64,000 nucleotides of DNA, taken from contig VBKF01000140.1 of assembly GCA_005888095.1 (NCBI GenBank), positions 4,602 to 68,601 of the forward strand. The letters are read 5' to 3'. Position 1 is the first letter of the stretch. Each line of letters begins with the position of its first letter. The DNA is from Deltaproteobacteria bacterium. GTDB lineage: Bacteria > Desulfobacterota > Binatia > DP-6. A model generated the notes under the pieces. The model saw nothing but the letters and a program-made list of their open reading frames with translations, was not told the DNA's origin and did no database searches. Position numbers and translations under genes: made by a program. Shown in pieces: positions 28,480-37,368 of the stretch.

Positions 28480-29709
28480 ATGGGCGCCGGTCACGTGATC
28501 GTGCTGCGCTACCACGAGATCGCGCTCAAGGGGCGCAACCGGCCCTTCTTCGTGCGCCGGCTGGTGGACAACATCGTGCGCGCCACCGCCGGCCTGCCCG
28601 TCGGCGCGATCGCGCGCGCCTCGGCGCGCCTGCTGCTGCCGCTCGGGGACGTCACCGCCTGGCCGGAGGCGCGGGCGCGGCTCGCGCGCGTGTTCGGCCT
28701 CGCCAACCTCTCGCTCGCGCACGAGGTGGCCCTCGCCGGCGAGGCCGGCGCGGCCCTCGAGCGCCTCGGCGCGAGGATCGTCGAGCGGCTCGGCGGGGTG
28801 TCCGTGCCGAGCTTTCGCGTCCAGACCAAGCGGGCCGACAAGCGCTTCCCGTTCCCGTCGCCCGAGGTGAGCCGGCGGCTGGGGCACGTGATCCAGGCGG
28901 CCACCCGCTCGCGCGTCGACCTCGAGCACGCGGCGGTGACGGTGGCCGTCGACATCCTGCCCGGGCGCGCCTTCTTCTCGCTCGAGAAGGTGGCGGGCGC
29001 GGGCGGGCTGCCGGTCGGGACGAGCGGGCGGGTGCTGGCCCTCCTCTCGGGCGGCATCGACTCGCCCGTCGCCGCCTGGCGGATGATGCGGCGCGGGTGC
29101 GCCGTCGACTTCGTGCACTTCCACAGCGCGCCCTTCCACGATCGGACGAGCCAGGAGAAGGCGCGCCAGATCGCCGCCGAGCTCGTCCGCTGGGAGCTCG
29201 ACGCCGCGCTCCACCTGGTCGCCTTCGGCGAGGTTCAGCGCCAGATCGTCGCAGCGGTCGGGCGGCCGCTGCGCGTCGTCCTCTACCGGCGGATGATGCT
29301 CCGCATCGCCGAGGCGATCGGGCGGCCGGCAGGCGCCGAGGCGCTGGTGACGGGCGAGAGCCTCGGCCAGGTCGCGTCGCAGACGCTCCCCAATCTTGCG
29401 GTGATCGAGGCGGCGGTGCCGCTGCCGGTCCTCCGCCCGCTGATCGGCATGGACAAGGGCGAGATCTCCGCCGAGGCCGCGCGGCTCGGCACGTTCGAGA
29501 CCTCGGTCATCCCCGACCAGGACTGCTGCCAGCTCTTCGTGCCGCCACACCCGGCCACGCGGGCGCATCCCGAAGACGTGGCGGCGGCGGAGTCGCGGCT
29601 CGACGTCCCGGCGCTCGTCGCGCTCGGCGTGGCGGGCACCGAGCGCGTGCGGCTGTGCTGGCCCGCGGAACCGGCGGAGCCGCCGGCGCGCTCAGTCGTC
29701 GGCCGCTAG
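28480..29709 (+). CDS. thiI: tRNA 4-thiouridine(8) synthase
   Basis: THUMP domain plus PP-loop SGGIDSPVAAW; ATG at 28480 with a GGAGTGAGG Shine-Dalgarno. Confidence 0.8.
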   Translation: MGAGHVIVLRYHEIALKGRNRPFFVRRLVDNIVRATAGLPVGAIARASARLLLPLGDVTAWPEARARLARVFGLANLSLAHEVALAGEAGAALERLGARIVERLGGVSVPSFRVQTKRADKRFPFPSPEVSRRLGHVIQAATRSRVDLEHAAVTVAVDILPGRAFFSLEKVAGAGGLPVGTSGRVLALLSGGIDSPVAAWRMMRRGCAVDFVHFHSAPFHDRTSQEKARQIAAELVRWELDAALHLVAFGEVQRQIVAAVGRPLRVVLYRRMMLRIAEAIGRPAGAEALVTGESLGQVASQTLPNLAVIEAAVPLPVLRPLIGMDKGEISAEAARLGTFETSVIPDQDCCQLFVPPHPATRAHPEDVAAAESRLDVPALVALGVAGTERVRLCWPAEPAEPPARSVVGR

Positions 29710-30009
29710 CACGACGAAGATCCGGCGGATCGCCTCGCGGCCGAGGCGCGCGTTCAGACGTGAGCGGAGCTCGTGCTTCAGGAACTGCAGCTCCTGCATC
29801 CACTCGGAGCTGTCGACGGCGACGAGGAGCACGCCGCGCGCGAGCCGCCGCGGGCGCGCGTGGCGCGCGAGCGTCGCCCCGACCGCGGCATCCCACTCGC
29901 TCCACACCGCCCAGTCCTCGAGCCCCGCGCCCGTGGGCAGGCGGGCGAGCACCGTGCGCAGCACGTCGCCGAGGCGCGTGGGAACGCGCGCCGGCCGCGG
30001 TCGGGTCAC
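29692..30009 (-). CDS. DUF721/DciA-like protein
   Basis: LGDVLRTVLARL...LLVAVDSSEWMQELQFLKHELRSRLNARLG...IRRIFVVL resembles the DUF721 core; start trimmed to a GTG (the proline-rich N-terminus of the track ORF is doubtful). Confidence 0.5.
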   Translation of the reverse strand: MTRPRPARVPTRLGDVLRTVLARLPTGAGLEDWAVWSEWDAAVGATLARHARPRRLARGVLLVAVDSSEWMQELQFLKHELRSRLNARLGREAIRRIFVVLAADD

Positions 30010-30035
30010 GGCCGCGCCCCCTTGCAAAAAATCGC

Positions 30036-30064
30036 TTGACAACACAACATGTGGTGGTATATGC
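30036..30064 (+). promoter_or_regulatory. nrdJ promoter (TTGACA-16-TATATG) with an overlapping NrdR-box-like palindrome CACAACATGTGGTG
   Basis: Read directly; the imperfect palindrome centred on CATG resembles the NrdR box consensus (acaCwAtATaTwGtgt). Confidence 0.4.
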
Positions 30065-30095
30065 GCCTCCGCACACCATACCTGGGAGGGGCTTG

Positions 30096-32888
30096 ATGGC
30101 GAGGGAGCCGGTGGGCGAGGTGCTGGACGGGGGGCTGTCGGGGGCGGAGGCGGGGCCGGCACCGGGGCGCCGCGGCCTGGCGATCGCGCGGCAGTTCACC
30201 ACGGCGGGCACGAGCCCGTTCGACGAGGTCGAGTGGGAGATCCGTGCTGCCGTGATCCAGGGCGAGGGCGGCGAGACGGTCTTCGAGCAGCGTGACGTCG
30301 AGGTGCCGCGCCGCTGGTCGCAGCTTGCGACCAACGTCGTCGTCTCGAAATACTTCCGCGGGCCGCTGGGGAGCCCGGCCCGGGAGCGGAGCGTCCGCCA
30401 GCTCGTCGCCCGGGTGGTGAACACGATCGGCTCCTGGGGTGCGGAGCAGGGCTACTTCGCCACGCCCGACGACGCCCGCGCGTTCACCGACGAGCTGACG
30501 CACCTCCTGCTGCATCAGAAGCTCTCCTTCAACAGCCCGGTCTGGTTCAACGTCGGCGTCGAGGCGAAGCCGCAGTGCTCGGCCTGCTTCATCCTCTCGG
30601 TCGACGACACCATGGATTCGATCCTCGACTGGTATCGCAGGGAGGGCGTCATTTTCAAAGGCGGCTCGGGCTCGGGCGTGAACCTCTCGCGGCTCCGCTC
30701 GTCCAAGGAGCGCCTTGGCGGCGGCGGCACGGCGTCGGGGCCCGTGTCGTTCATGCGGGCGGCCGACGCCTCGGCCGGGGTCATCAAGTCCGGCGGGAAG
30801 ACGCGACGGGCGGCCAAGATGGTGGTCCTCAACGCCGACCACCCGGACATCGTGGAGTTCATCCGCTGCAAGGCCGAGGAGGAGCGCAAGGCGTGGGCGC
30901 TCATCGCCGCGGGCTACGACCGTTCCCTCGACGGGCCGGCATACGGCTCGATCTTCTTCCAGAACGCCAACAACTCCGTGCGGGTGACTGACGAGTTCAT
31001 GCGGGCGGCGCTCGAAGGGCGTCCGTGGAGCACCCGCTTCGTGACCAGCGGCGAGGTGGCGGAGACGATGCCGGCGCGCACCATCCTGCGCCTGATCGCC
31101 GAGGCCACCCACCAGTGCGGCGATCCGGGGATGCAGTTCGACACCACCATCAACGACTGGCACACCTGCCCGAACTCGGGGCGCATCAACGCGTCCAACC
31201 CGTGCTCGGAGTACATGCACCTCGACGACAGCGCCTGCAATCTCGCGAGCCTGAACCTCATGCAGTTCATCGACGCCGCGGGCGTCTTCGACGTCGCCGC
31301 CTTCCGGCACGCGGTCGACATCGCCATCACCGCGCAGGACATCGTCATCGACCGCTCGAGCTATCCGACGTCCGAGATCGCGGCCAACGCGCATGCCTAC
31401 CGCGAGCTCGGCCTCGGCTACGCCAATCTGGGCGCGCTCCTGATGTCGCTCGGCCTGCCCTACGACTCGGACGCGGGCCGGGAGTACGCGGGAGCGCTGA
31501 CCGCGCTCATGTGCGGCGAGGCCTACCTGCAGTCGACGCGTCTGGCGGCCGCGCTCGGGCCGTACGAGGGCTTCGCGCGCAACCGCGAGCCGCAGCTGCG
31601 CGTCGTCGACAAGCACCGCGCGCACGCCCACCGGCTCGACCCGGCGCTGGTGCCCCTCGACCTCCTCGCGGCCGCGCGCGAGGTCTGGGACACGGGGCTC
31701 GCGGAAGCGCGCGCGCACGGCGTGCGCAACTCGCAGGTGACCGTGCTCGCGCCCACCGGCACGATCGCCTTCATGATGGACTGCGACACGACGGGGGTGG
31801 AGCCCGACATCGCGCTCGTCAAGTACAAGAAGCTGGTCGGCGGCGGCGTGCTGAAGATCGTCAACACGACGGTGCCGCGGGCGCTTCGCCGCCTCGGCTA
31901 CGACTCGCGCGAGGTGCAGGAGATCGTCGAGTACATTGACGAGCACGAGACGATCGAGGGGGCCCAGGCGCTCCGGCCCGAGCACCTCCCGGTCTTCGAC
32001 TGCGCCTTCCGGCCGGCGCGCGGCAGCCGGTCGATCCATCCGCTCGGCCACATCCGGATGATGGCCGCGGTGCAGCCGTTCATCTCGGGGGCGATCTCGA
32101 AGACGATCAACGTCCCCGAGCAGGCGACCGTGGAAGACATCGAGGAGGCGTACGTCGAGTCCTGGCGCCTCGGCTTGAAGGCGGTCGCGATCTACCGCGA
32201 CGGCTGCAAGAAGACGCAGCCGCTCAACACCGTGAAGCCCGGCGCGCAGCGCGCCGACGCCGACAGGGGCGAGGTGAAGGCGGCGGCACCGGAGCCGGCC
32301 AGGCGGATCACGGGAGGGGCGGAGGGGAAGCCGGAGCCGGTCAGGCGGCGGCTTCCAACCAACCGACATGCCCTCTGCCACAAGTTCGACATCGCCGGCC
32401 ACGAGGGCTACATCCACGTCGGCTTCCACGAGGACGGCACGCCCGGCGAGATCTTCATCAAGATGGCCAAGGAGGGAAGCACGATCTCCGGCCTGATGGA
32501 TACGATCGGCGTCCTCACCTCGATGGCGCTGCAGTACGGCGTGCCGCTCGAGGTGCTGGTTTCCAAGTTCAGCCACGTGCGCTTCGAGCCGTCGGGCTTC
32601 ACCAAGAACCCGGACATCCCGATCGCGAAGTCTCTCATCGACTACATCTTCCGCTTCCTCGGCACTCGGTTTCTGGGCGCCGAGCAGCGCGTGGCGATCG
32701 GCCTGGCCGAGCGCCCCGAGCCGGCGCCGGTGACGACGCCGGCGGTGACGGCGACCTCCACCCGGGCCCCGCTCGCCTTCAGCCCGCAGGCGGATGCGCC
32801 GAGCTGTCCGGACTGCGGGTCGCTGATGATCCGCAACGGCTCCTGTTACAAGTGCCTCAACTGCGGCGCGACGAGCGGCTGCTCGTAG
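30096..32888 (+). CDS. nrdJ: vitamin B12-dependent ribonucleotide reductase (class II)
   Basis: ATG at 30096 with a GGGAGGG Shine-Dalgarno; ~930 aa with class II RNR motifs (NPCSEY..., GGSGSGVNLSRLR) and a C-terminal CxxC...CxxC zinc ribbon. Confidence 0.85.
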   Translation: MAREPVGEVLDGGLSGAEAGPAPGRRGLAIARQFTTAGTSPFDEVEWEIRAAVIQGEGGETVFEQRDVEVPRRWSQLATNVVVSKYFRGPLGSPARERSVRQLVARVVNTIGSWGAEQGYFATPDDARAFTDELTHLLLHQKLSFNSPVWFNVGVEAKPQCSACFILSVDDTMDSILDWYRREGVIFKGGSGSGVNLSRLRSSKERLGGGGTASGPVSFMRAADASAGVIKSGGKTRRAAKMVVLNADHPDIVEFIRCKAEEERKAWALIAAGYDRSLDGPAYGSIFFQNANNSVRVTDEFMRAALEGRPWSTRFVTSGEVAETMPARTILRLIAEATHQCGDPGMQFDTTINDWHTCPNSGRINASNPCSEYMHLDDSACNLASLNLMQFIDAAGVFDVAAFRHAVDIAITAQDIVIDRSSYPTSEIAANAHAYRELGLGYANLGALLMSLGLPYDSDAGREYAGALTALMCGEAYLQSTRLAAALGPYEGFARNREPQLRVVDKHRAHAHRLDPALVPLDLLAAAREVWDTGLAEARAHGVRNSQVTVLAPTGTIAFMMDCDTTGVEPDIALVKYKKLVGGGVLKIVNTTVPRALRRLGYDSREVQEIVEYIDEHETIEGAQALRPEHLPVFDCAFRPARGSRSIHPLGHIRMMAAVQPFISGAISKTINVPEQATVEDIEEAYVESWRLGLKAVAIYRDGCKKTQPLNTVKPGAQRADADRGEVKAAAPEPARRITGGAEGKPEPVRRRLPTNRHALCHKFDIAGHEGYIHVGFHEDGTPGEIFIKMAKEGSTISGLMDTIGVLTSMALQYGVPLEVLVSKFSHVRFEPSGFTKNPDIPIAKSLIDYIFRFLGTRFLGAEQRVAIGLAERPEPAPVTTPAVTATSTRAPLAFSPQADAPSCPDCGSLMIRNGSCYKCLNCGATSGCS

Positions 32889-33012
32889 CCGCGGCGGCTT
32901 CGATGTGTGGAGGCGGCGGCGGAGTGGTGGGGCGGTAGGCCTCCTCGGCGGGGTGGTGGTCCGCGGGGCGGACGCGGGGCGCCTTTCGAGGCGCCCCGCG
33001 GCGGCGGGCGGC

Positions 33013-33040
33013 TTGACAGCGTGAGAACCGCTTCTATAAG
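33013..33040 (+). promoter_or_regulatory. putative gcvH-like gene promoter (TTGACA-16-TATAAG)
   Basis: Read directly, ~55 nt upstream of the ATG. Confidence 0.35.
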
Positions 33041-33093
33041 AGGCCGCAGCCGGCCGGATTCGAGCCCGCACGCCCGTCGACGAGGAGCCACCG

Positions 33094-33480
33094 ATGGCGG
33101 AAACCCTGAAGTTCACCGAGGACCACCTGTGGGTGCGCGTGGAGGGGAACCGCGCGCACCTTGGGATCTCGGAGTACGGTCAGGCCGACCTCGGCGAGGT
33201 AATCGCGGTGGAGCTGCCCGACGTCGGCGATGAGCTCGAGAAGGGCGAGCCCTTCGGCGAGATCGAGTCCGTGCGCACCGTCTCCGAGCTGCTCGCGCCG
33301 CTGAGCGGCACGGTCGTCGCGACCAACACCGAGCTCGACGACCACCCGGCGATCGTCAACGAGGATCCCTACCACGAGGGCTGGCTCGTGGAGGTCGAGA
33401 TGACGGACGAGGCGGAGCTCGAGGACCTGATGGATGCCGACGAGTACGAAGAGTACGCCGCCGGCGAAGAGGAGAGCTGA
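33094..33480 (+). CDS. gcvH: glycine-cleavage H-protein-like lipoyl-domain protein with Arg in place of the lipoyl-Lys
   Basis: 128 aa, alignable over its length with E. coli GcvH; the conserved ESVK lipoylation site reads ESVR (codon cgc). Confidence 0.75.
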   Translation: MAETLKFTEDHLWVRVEGNRAHLGISEYGQADLGEVIAVELPDVGDELEKGEPFGEIESVRTVSELLAPLSGTVVATNTELDDHPAIVNEDPYHEGWLVEVEMTDEAELEDLMDADEYEEYAAGEEES

Positions 33481-33483
33481 GGC

Positions 33484-33795
33484 CTAGCGTCGCTGGCGGC
33501 CGTCGCGCGACGAGCTGCGGAAGCGATAGACGATCTCGCCAGGCTTGACGAGCCCGAGCTGCCGGCGGGCGAGCTCCTCGAGGTAGAGGTCGTCGTCCTT
33601 GAGTCGCGCGAGGTCCTCGCGGAGCCGCGCGTTCTCTTCGAGCAGCGCGAACGCCGTCCGCCCCAGGTCCTGCCGCTCGGCGCGCAGCCGGAGGAGATGC
33701 GGGACGCCGTGCTCGCCGATCAGAGCCGACACCGTCACCGTGGCGATGGCCAGCAGCAGCACCGCGCTCAGCACTCGCCCGCTCGCCATCCGCAC
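33484..33795 (-). CDS. ftsB: septum formation initiator FtsB/DivIC-family protein
   Basis: One transmembrane helix followed by a coiled coil (RLRAERQDLGRTAFALLEENARLREDLARLKDD) and a C-terminal ...GEIVYRF. Confidence 0.65.
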   Translation of the reverse strand: MRMASGRVLSAVLLLAIATVTVSALIGEHGVPHLLRLRAERQDLGRTAFALLEENARLREDLARLKDDDLYLEELARRQLGLVKPGEIVYRFRSSSRDGRQRR

Positions 33796-33964
33796 CGCGA
33801 AGAGTGGTAACGGAAAGCGTGCACGGAGGCAACGGCGAAGAAGTAGAACGTCCTGCTACTCCCCGCTGTCCGAGAGAGGGGAACGCCATTCTAGGGTCGG
33901 GATGATCGAGCGCGGACGCCGAGCGCCGGTTTAAAAAAAAATTTCCAAAACGGCGGTCGTCTAT

Positions 33965-33993
33965 TGACTCTTGCGCCGACGCACCTCTATACT
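33965..33993 (+). promoter_or_regulatory. near-consensus sigma70 promoter TTGACT-17-TATACT preceded by an A/T-rich UP-like tract (TTTAAAAAAAAATTTCCAAAA)
   Basis: Read directly; an A9 run is extremely unusual in this ~70% GC sequence. Confidence 0.55.
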
Positions 33994-34080
33994 TCGTGCC
34001 GTGGTGGTTGAGGTGTGGAGTGGCTTCTCGCCTGAGAGAGGGACGGAAGGGAACGTTCTCGATTCCAACAGGAGGTAACC

Positions 34081-34173
34081 ATGGCGGCAAAGAAGAAGGC
34101 GAAGAAGGCGAAGAAGAAGAGCAAGGCGAAGAAAAAGGCCCCCTCGAAGAAGAAGGGGTCGAAGAAGAAGTAG
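34081..34173 (+). CDS. 30-aa lysine/alanine-rich micro-protein (MAAKKKAKKAKKKSKAKKKAPSKKKGSKKK)
   Basis: AGGAGG Shine-Dalgarno 6 nt before the ATG; strong promoter ~85 nt upstream; intrinsic terminator ~100 nt downstream; the overlapping E/G-rich frame in the track (33996..34217) has no Shine-Dalgarno. Confidence 0.55.
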   Translation: MAAKKKAKKAKKKSKAKKKAPSKKKGSKKK

Positions 34174-34270
34174 TGAGCGCGTTGGCTGCATCCGATCCGC
34201 AGTTGCTAGGCACGTAAGACCCAAGGATTTCATCTCAGGCGAGAATGGGCCCGTTGGCCGGGCCCACGGA

Positions 34271-34301
34271 AAGGCCCTTCGAGTCACGAAGGGCCTTTTT
34301 C
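34271..34301 (+). terminator. rho-independent terminator (11-bp perfect stem AAGGCCCTTCG/CGAAGGGCCTT, 5-nt loop, T5 tail)
   Basis: Read directly; preceded by a second GC hairpin GGGCCCG-TTGGC-CGGGCCC at ~34248..34266. Confidence 0.7.
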
Positions 34302-34324
34302 GTTGGAGCGCCAAAGGCTCGCCC

Positions 34325-35110
34325 ATGCTGAGCGCCGACATCGTCCGCCCCGAGAGCGCGCGCTACACGACGTCGCTCCTCTGCATTCCCGGCCTCTGGG
34401 CGGGGCCTGACGTCTGGCGCGCCTTCGCGGGCTACCTGGCGCACCGGGGCTGGGAGAGCCACCTGCTCGACGTGCGGGCGCTCGATGCGGGCGTCGCGGA
34501 GCGAGCGGCCGCCGTGGCGGCGCATGCGGCGGCGCTGCCCACCCCGCCCGTGCTGCTCGGCCACGACCTGGGAAGCCTGGTCGCCCTCGCCGCCGCGGCG
34601 CGCACCCGGACCGCCGCCGTGGTGCTCCTGGCCCCGCTCGTGCCGGGCAGCGCCCCGGCCCGTGCCCTCGCGCTCCGGCCGGGGACCTTCCTGCAGCTCC
34701 TGCTCGCGCGGCCGGTGCCGCCGCCGGGCGTCCGCGCGGCGGCGCCGCTGTGCGGCGAGCTCGCGGCGCCGCTCGGCCGCGCCGTCGTCGCGAGCCTCGC
34801 CCCGGAGAGCCCGCGCGTGCTGCGCGAGGTGGTGCGGCCGCGAACGCCGCCGGCCGCCGTCGCCGGCGTCCCCGCGCTCGTCGTCACGGGCGACCGCGAC
34901 CCGCTGCTGCCCGCGCCGGCGGCTGCCGCCTTCGCCCGCGCTCTCGGCGCGGAGCATCAGTCGCTCGACGGCGCCGGTCACTGGCTGTTCGCGGGTCCCG
35001 CCTGGCAGCGCGGCGTCGGGCTCGTGCACCGCTGGATCATCCAGCGGCTGGGCGAGCCGCTGCTCGAGCGCTACGCCGAGGCGATGACCGAGCGCGAGGA
35101 GGACCGCTGA
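34325..35110 (+). CDS. alpha/beta-hydrolase fold protein
   Basis: HDLGS nucleophile elbow and a C-terminal ...GAGHWLF catalytic His region. Confidence 0.6.
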   Translation: MLSADIVRPESARYTTSLLCIPGLWAGPDVWRAFAGYLAHRGWESHLLDVRALDAGVAERAAAVAAHAAALPTPPVLLGHDLGSLVALAAAARTRTAAVVLLAPLVPGSAPARALALRPGTFLQLLLARPVPPPGVRAAAPLCGELAAPLGRAVVASLAPESPRVLREVVRPRTPPAAVAGVPALVVTGDRDPLLPAPAAAAFARALGAEHQSLDGAGHWLFAGPAWQRGVGLVHRWIIQRLGEPLLERYAEAMTEREEDR

Positions 35111-35248
35111 CTCGCTAGGCTAGTCAGGAGCTCGACTCGAGATGGAATCTCCGCGCGCGCCGCGCGCGCGGCCGAGCGCAGCGAGCGGGGAGTGAGGACC
35201 CGGCGGGCTCCGCCCGCCGGGGCGAGGGGCGGGAAGCCCCTCGCTGAT

Positions 35249-36022
35249 CTAGGTTGCCTTGGGCTCGAGGAACGTGTGCAGGCCGCACTCCGTCTTGGCC
35301 TGCCCGGCCCAGCGGCCGCTCCGCTCGTCGCCGCCGGCGAGCGGCGGCCGCGTGCACGGCGCGCAGCCGATGCTCGTGTACCCCTGCTCGAAGAGCGGAT
35401 GGGTGGGGATACCGTGACGCTCGAGGTAGTAGAACGTGTCCTTCGACGTCCACGACGCCAGCGGGTTCACCTTGTAGAGGGCGCCCTGCTGGAGCTCCTC
35501 GACGATCGGGATCGCTGCCCGCGTCGACGCCTGATCCCGCCGCCGACCGTTGACCCAGGCACGCACGCTCGGGAGATAGCGCTTGAGCGGCTCGACCTTG
35601 TTGATGTGGCAGCAGAGGTCCGGGTTGCGCGCGTAGAGGTCGAGGCCGTAGCGCGCGGCGAACTCGGGGCGCGGCATGATCGGCTCGAGCTCGACGAGCC
35701 GGAGTCCCAGGCGGCGCACGATCTCGTCACGGTAGGCGAGGGTCTCGGGGAAGTGGAACCCCGTGTTGATGAACACGATCGGCGCCTCGGGGGCGATCGC
35801 ATGCAGCATGTGGGCGAGGACGACGCCGTCGTGCTGGAAGGAGCAGGTGAGCATCACGTCGGGCCGAAAGCGCTCCCACGCCCACGCGAGAATCCCTTCC
35901 GGAGTCGCATGCTCGAGCTCGCGGTTCCACTCGGTGACCGACACGTTGCGACCGTAACACAGGGGTATGGCACGGGCAACGCAGCCCGACGTCTCTCGCA
36001 TCAGCGCGCTCCACTTTGACAC
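35249..36022 (-). CDS. cysH: phosphoadenosine phosphosulfate (PAPS/APS) reductase family protein
   Basis: Alignable with E. coli CysH (…MLTCSFQHDGVVLAHML…FINTGFHFPETLAYRDE…NKVEP…GYTSIGCAPCT). Confidence 0.75.
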   Translation of the reverse strand: MSKWSALMRETSGCVARAIPLCYGRNVSVTEWNRELEHATPEGILAWAWERFRPDVMLTCSFQHDGVVLAHMLHAIAPEAPIVFINTGFHFPETLAYRDEIVRRLGLRLVELEPIMPRPEFAARYGLDLYARNPDLCCHINKVEPLKRYLPSVRAWVNGRRRDQASTRAAIPIVEELQQGALYKVNPLASWTSKDTFYYLERHGIPTHPLFEQGYTSIGCAPCTRPPLAGGDERSGRWAGQAKTECGLHTFLEPKAT

Positions 36023-36051
36023 GGCTCGACGGGGCTGTTAGCCCTCGATGG

Positions 36052-37194
36052 ATGAACGCCTACATCATCGACGCCTGCCGGACGCCCCGCGGTCGCCGTG
36101 GCGCCGGCCTTGCCGGTGTGCACCCGATCGACCTCTGCACCGTGCCGATGCACGCCATCGTGGCGCGCACCGGCGTGGATGCGACCCGCATCGACGACGC
36201 GATCATCGGCTGCGTCACCGAGACGGGCGAGCAGGGCGCCTGCGTCGCGCGCGCCGCGGTGCTGGCCGCCGGCTGGCCGATCGAGATCGCCGGCGTCAGC
36301 CTGAACCGCTTCTGCGGCTCGGGCCAGACGGCCGTCAACCTGGCGGCGCAGGGGGCGGCGTCGGGCGCCTACGACCTGGTCTACGCGGGCGGCGTCGAGA
36401 GCATGAGCCGCTGCCCGATGGGCTCGGACATGGGCCCGCTGCCGCCGAGCCTGACCGAGCGCTACAACCTCGTGCCGCAGGGCATCTCGGCCGAGATGAT
36501 CGCCGAGCGCTGGAACTACTCGCGCGAGCAGCTCGACCGCTATGCCCTCGAGAGCCAGCGCCGCGCCTGGCAGGCGATCCAGGAGGGCCGCTTCGAGAAG
36601 AGCCTCGTCCCGGTCGCGGACGCGCCGCAGCCGGACGGCTCCCGCAAGACCGTGAAGGTCGACGAGCACCCCCGGCCGCAGACGACGCTCGAGGGGCTCA
36701 TGGCGCTCAAGCCCTCGTTCAAGGCCGACGGCAAGATCCACGCCGGCAACTCGAGCGGGATCGTCGACGGCGCGGCCGGCGTGCTCATCGCCTCCGGCCG
36801 CGGCGTCGACGAGCTCGGCCTTACGCCGCGGGCGCGCATCGTCGACACCGTCATCGTCGGCTCCGAGCCCGTGATCATGCTGACCGGCCCCATCCCGGCC
36901 ACCGAGAAGATCCTCCGCCGCACGGGCATGACGATCGCCGACGTGGATCTGGTCGAGATCAACGAGGCATTCGCGCCCGTGCCGATGATCACCATGCAGG
37001 AGGTCGGCATCCCGCCCGAGAAAGTGAACGTGAACGGCGGCGCGATCGCCCTGGGCCATCCGCTCGGCGCAACGGGCGCCATGCTGATCGGCACGCTGCT
37101 CGACGAGCTCGAGCGCCAGGACAAGACCGTCGGCCTGTGCACCATGTGCATCGGCTACGGCATGGGCATCGCGACGATCATCGAGCGGGTGTAG
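36052..37194 (+). CDS. acetyl-CoA C-acyltransferase (thiolase)
   Basis: NRFCGSGQ active-site Cys region, C-terminal GGAIALGHPLGATG and CIGYGMG motifs; ATG at 36052. Confidence 0.85.
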   Translation: MNAYIIDACRTPRGRRGAGLAGVHPIDLCTVPMHAIVARTGVDATRIDDAIIGCVTETGEQGACVARAAVLAAGWPIEIAGVSLNRFCGSGQTAVNLAAQGAASGAYDLVYAGGVESMSRCPMGSDMGPLPPSLTERYNLVPQGISAEMIAERWNYSREQLDRYALESQRRAWQAIQEGRFEKSLVPVADAPQPDGSRKTVKVDEHPRPQTTLEGLMALKPSFKADGKIHAGNSSGIVDGAAGVLIASGRGVDELGLTPRARIVDTVIVGSEPVIMLTGPIPATEKILRRTGMTIADVDLVEINEAFAPVPMITMQEVGIPPEKVNVNGGAIALGHPLGATGAMLIGTLLDELERQDKTVGLCTMCIGYGMGIATIIERV

Positions 37195-37215
37195 GTCGTC
37201 GCTGTAGTCGCGCGG

Positions 37216-37335
37216 CGGCGGGCGGGGCCGGGGGCCGGCGCTCCGCGCTCTCGCCGGTCATCGACGCCGCGGCCACGGGCCCACCGCGTGTCCGGCTCGA
37301 GAGGTCGCGGCGGCCCCCGGCCCCGCCCACCGCCG
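37216..37335. repeat. long-range GC-rich inverted repeat (GGGCGGGGCCGGGGGCCG ... CGGCCCCCGGCCCCGCCC) forming a large potential stem-loop downstream of the thiolase gene
   Basis: Read directly; ~18-bp arms separated by ~65 nt. Confidence 0.4.
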
Positions 37336-37368
37336 CGGGTCACGACAACGCCGGCCCCCGCTCGATAC

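Noticed and set aside
33045-33080. tRNA T-loop-like GGATTCGAGCCCG
   Set aside because: No acceptor, D or anticodon arms can be built; it sits in the gcvH leader.
30006-33116. 1036-aa minus-strand ORF
   Set aside because: Antisense to nrdJ.
33996-34217. 73-aa E/G-rich plus-strand ORF from the track
   Set aside because: It overlaps the lysine-rich micro-ORF in another frame. Only the K-rich frame has a perfect AGGAGG Shine-Dalgarno at the right spacing, so the E-rich frame is taken as the shadow.
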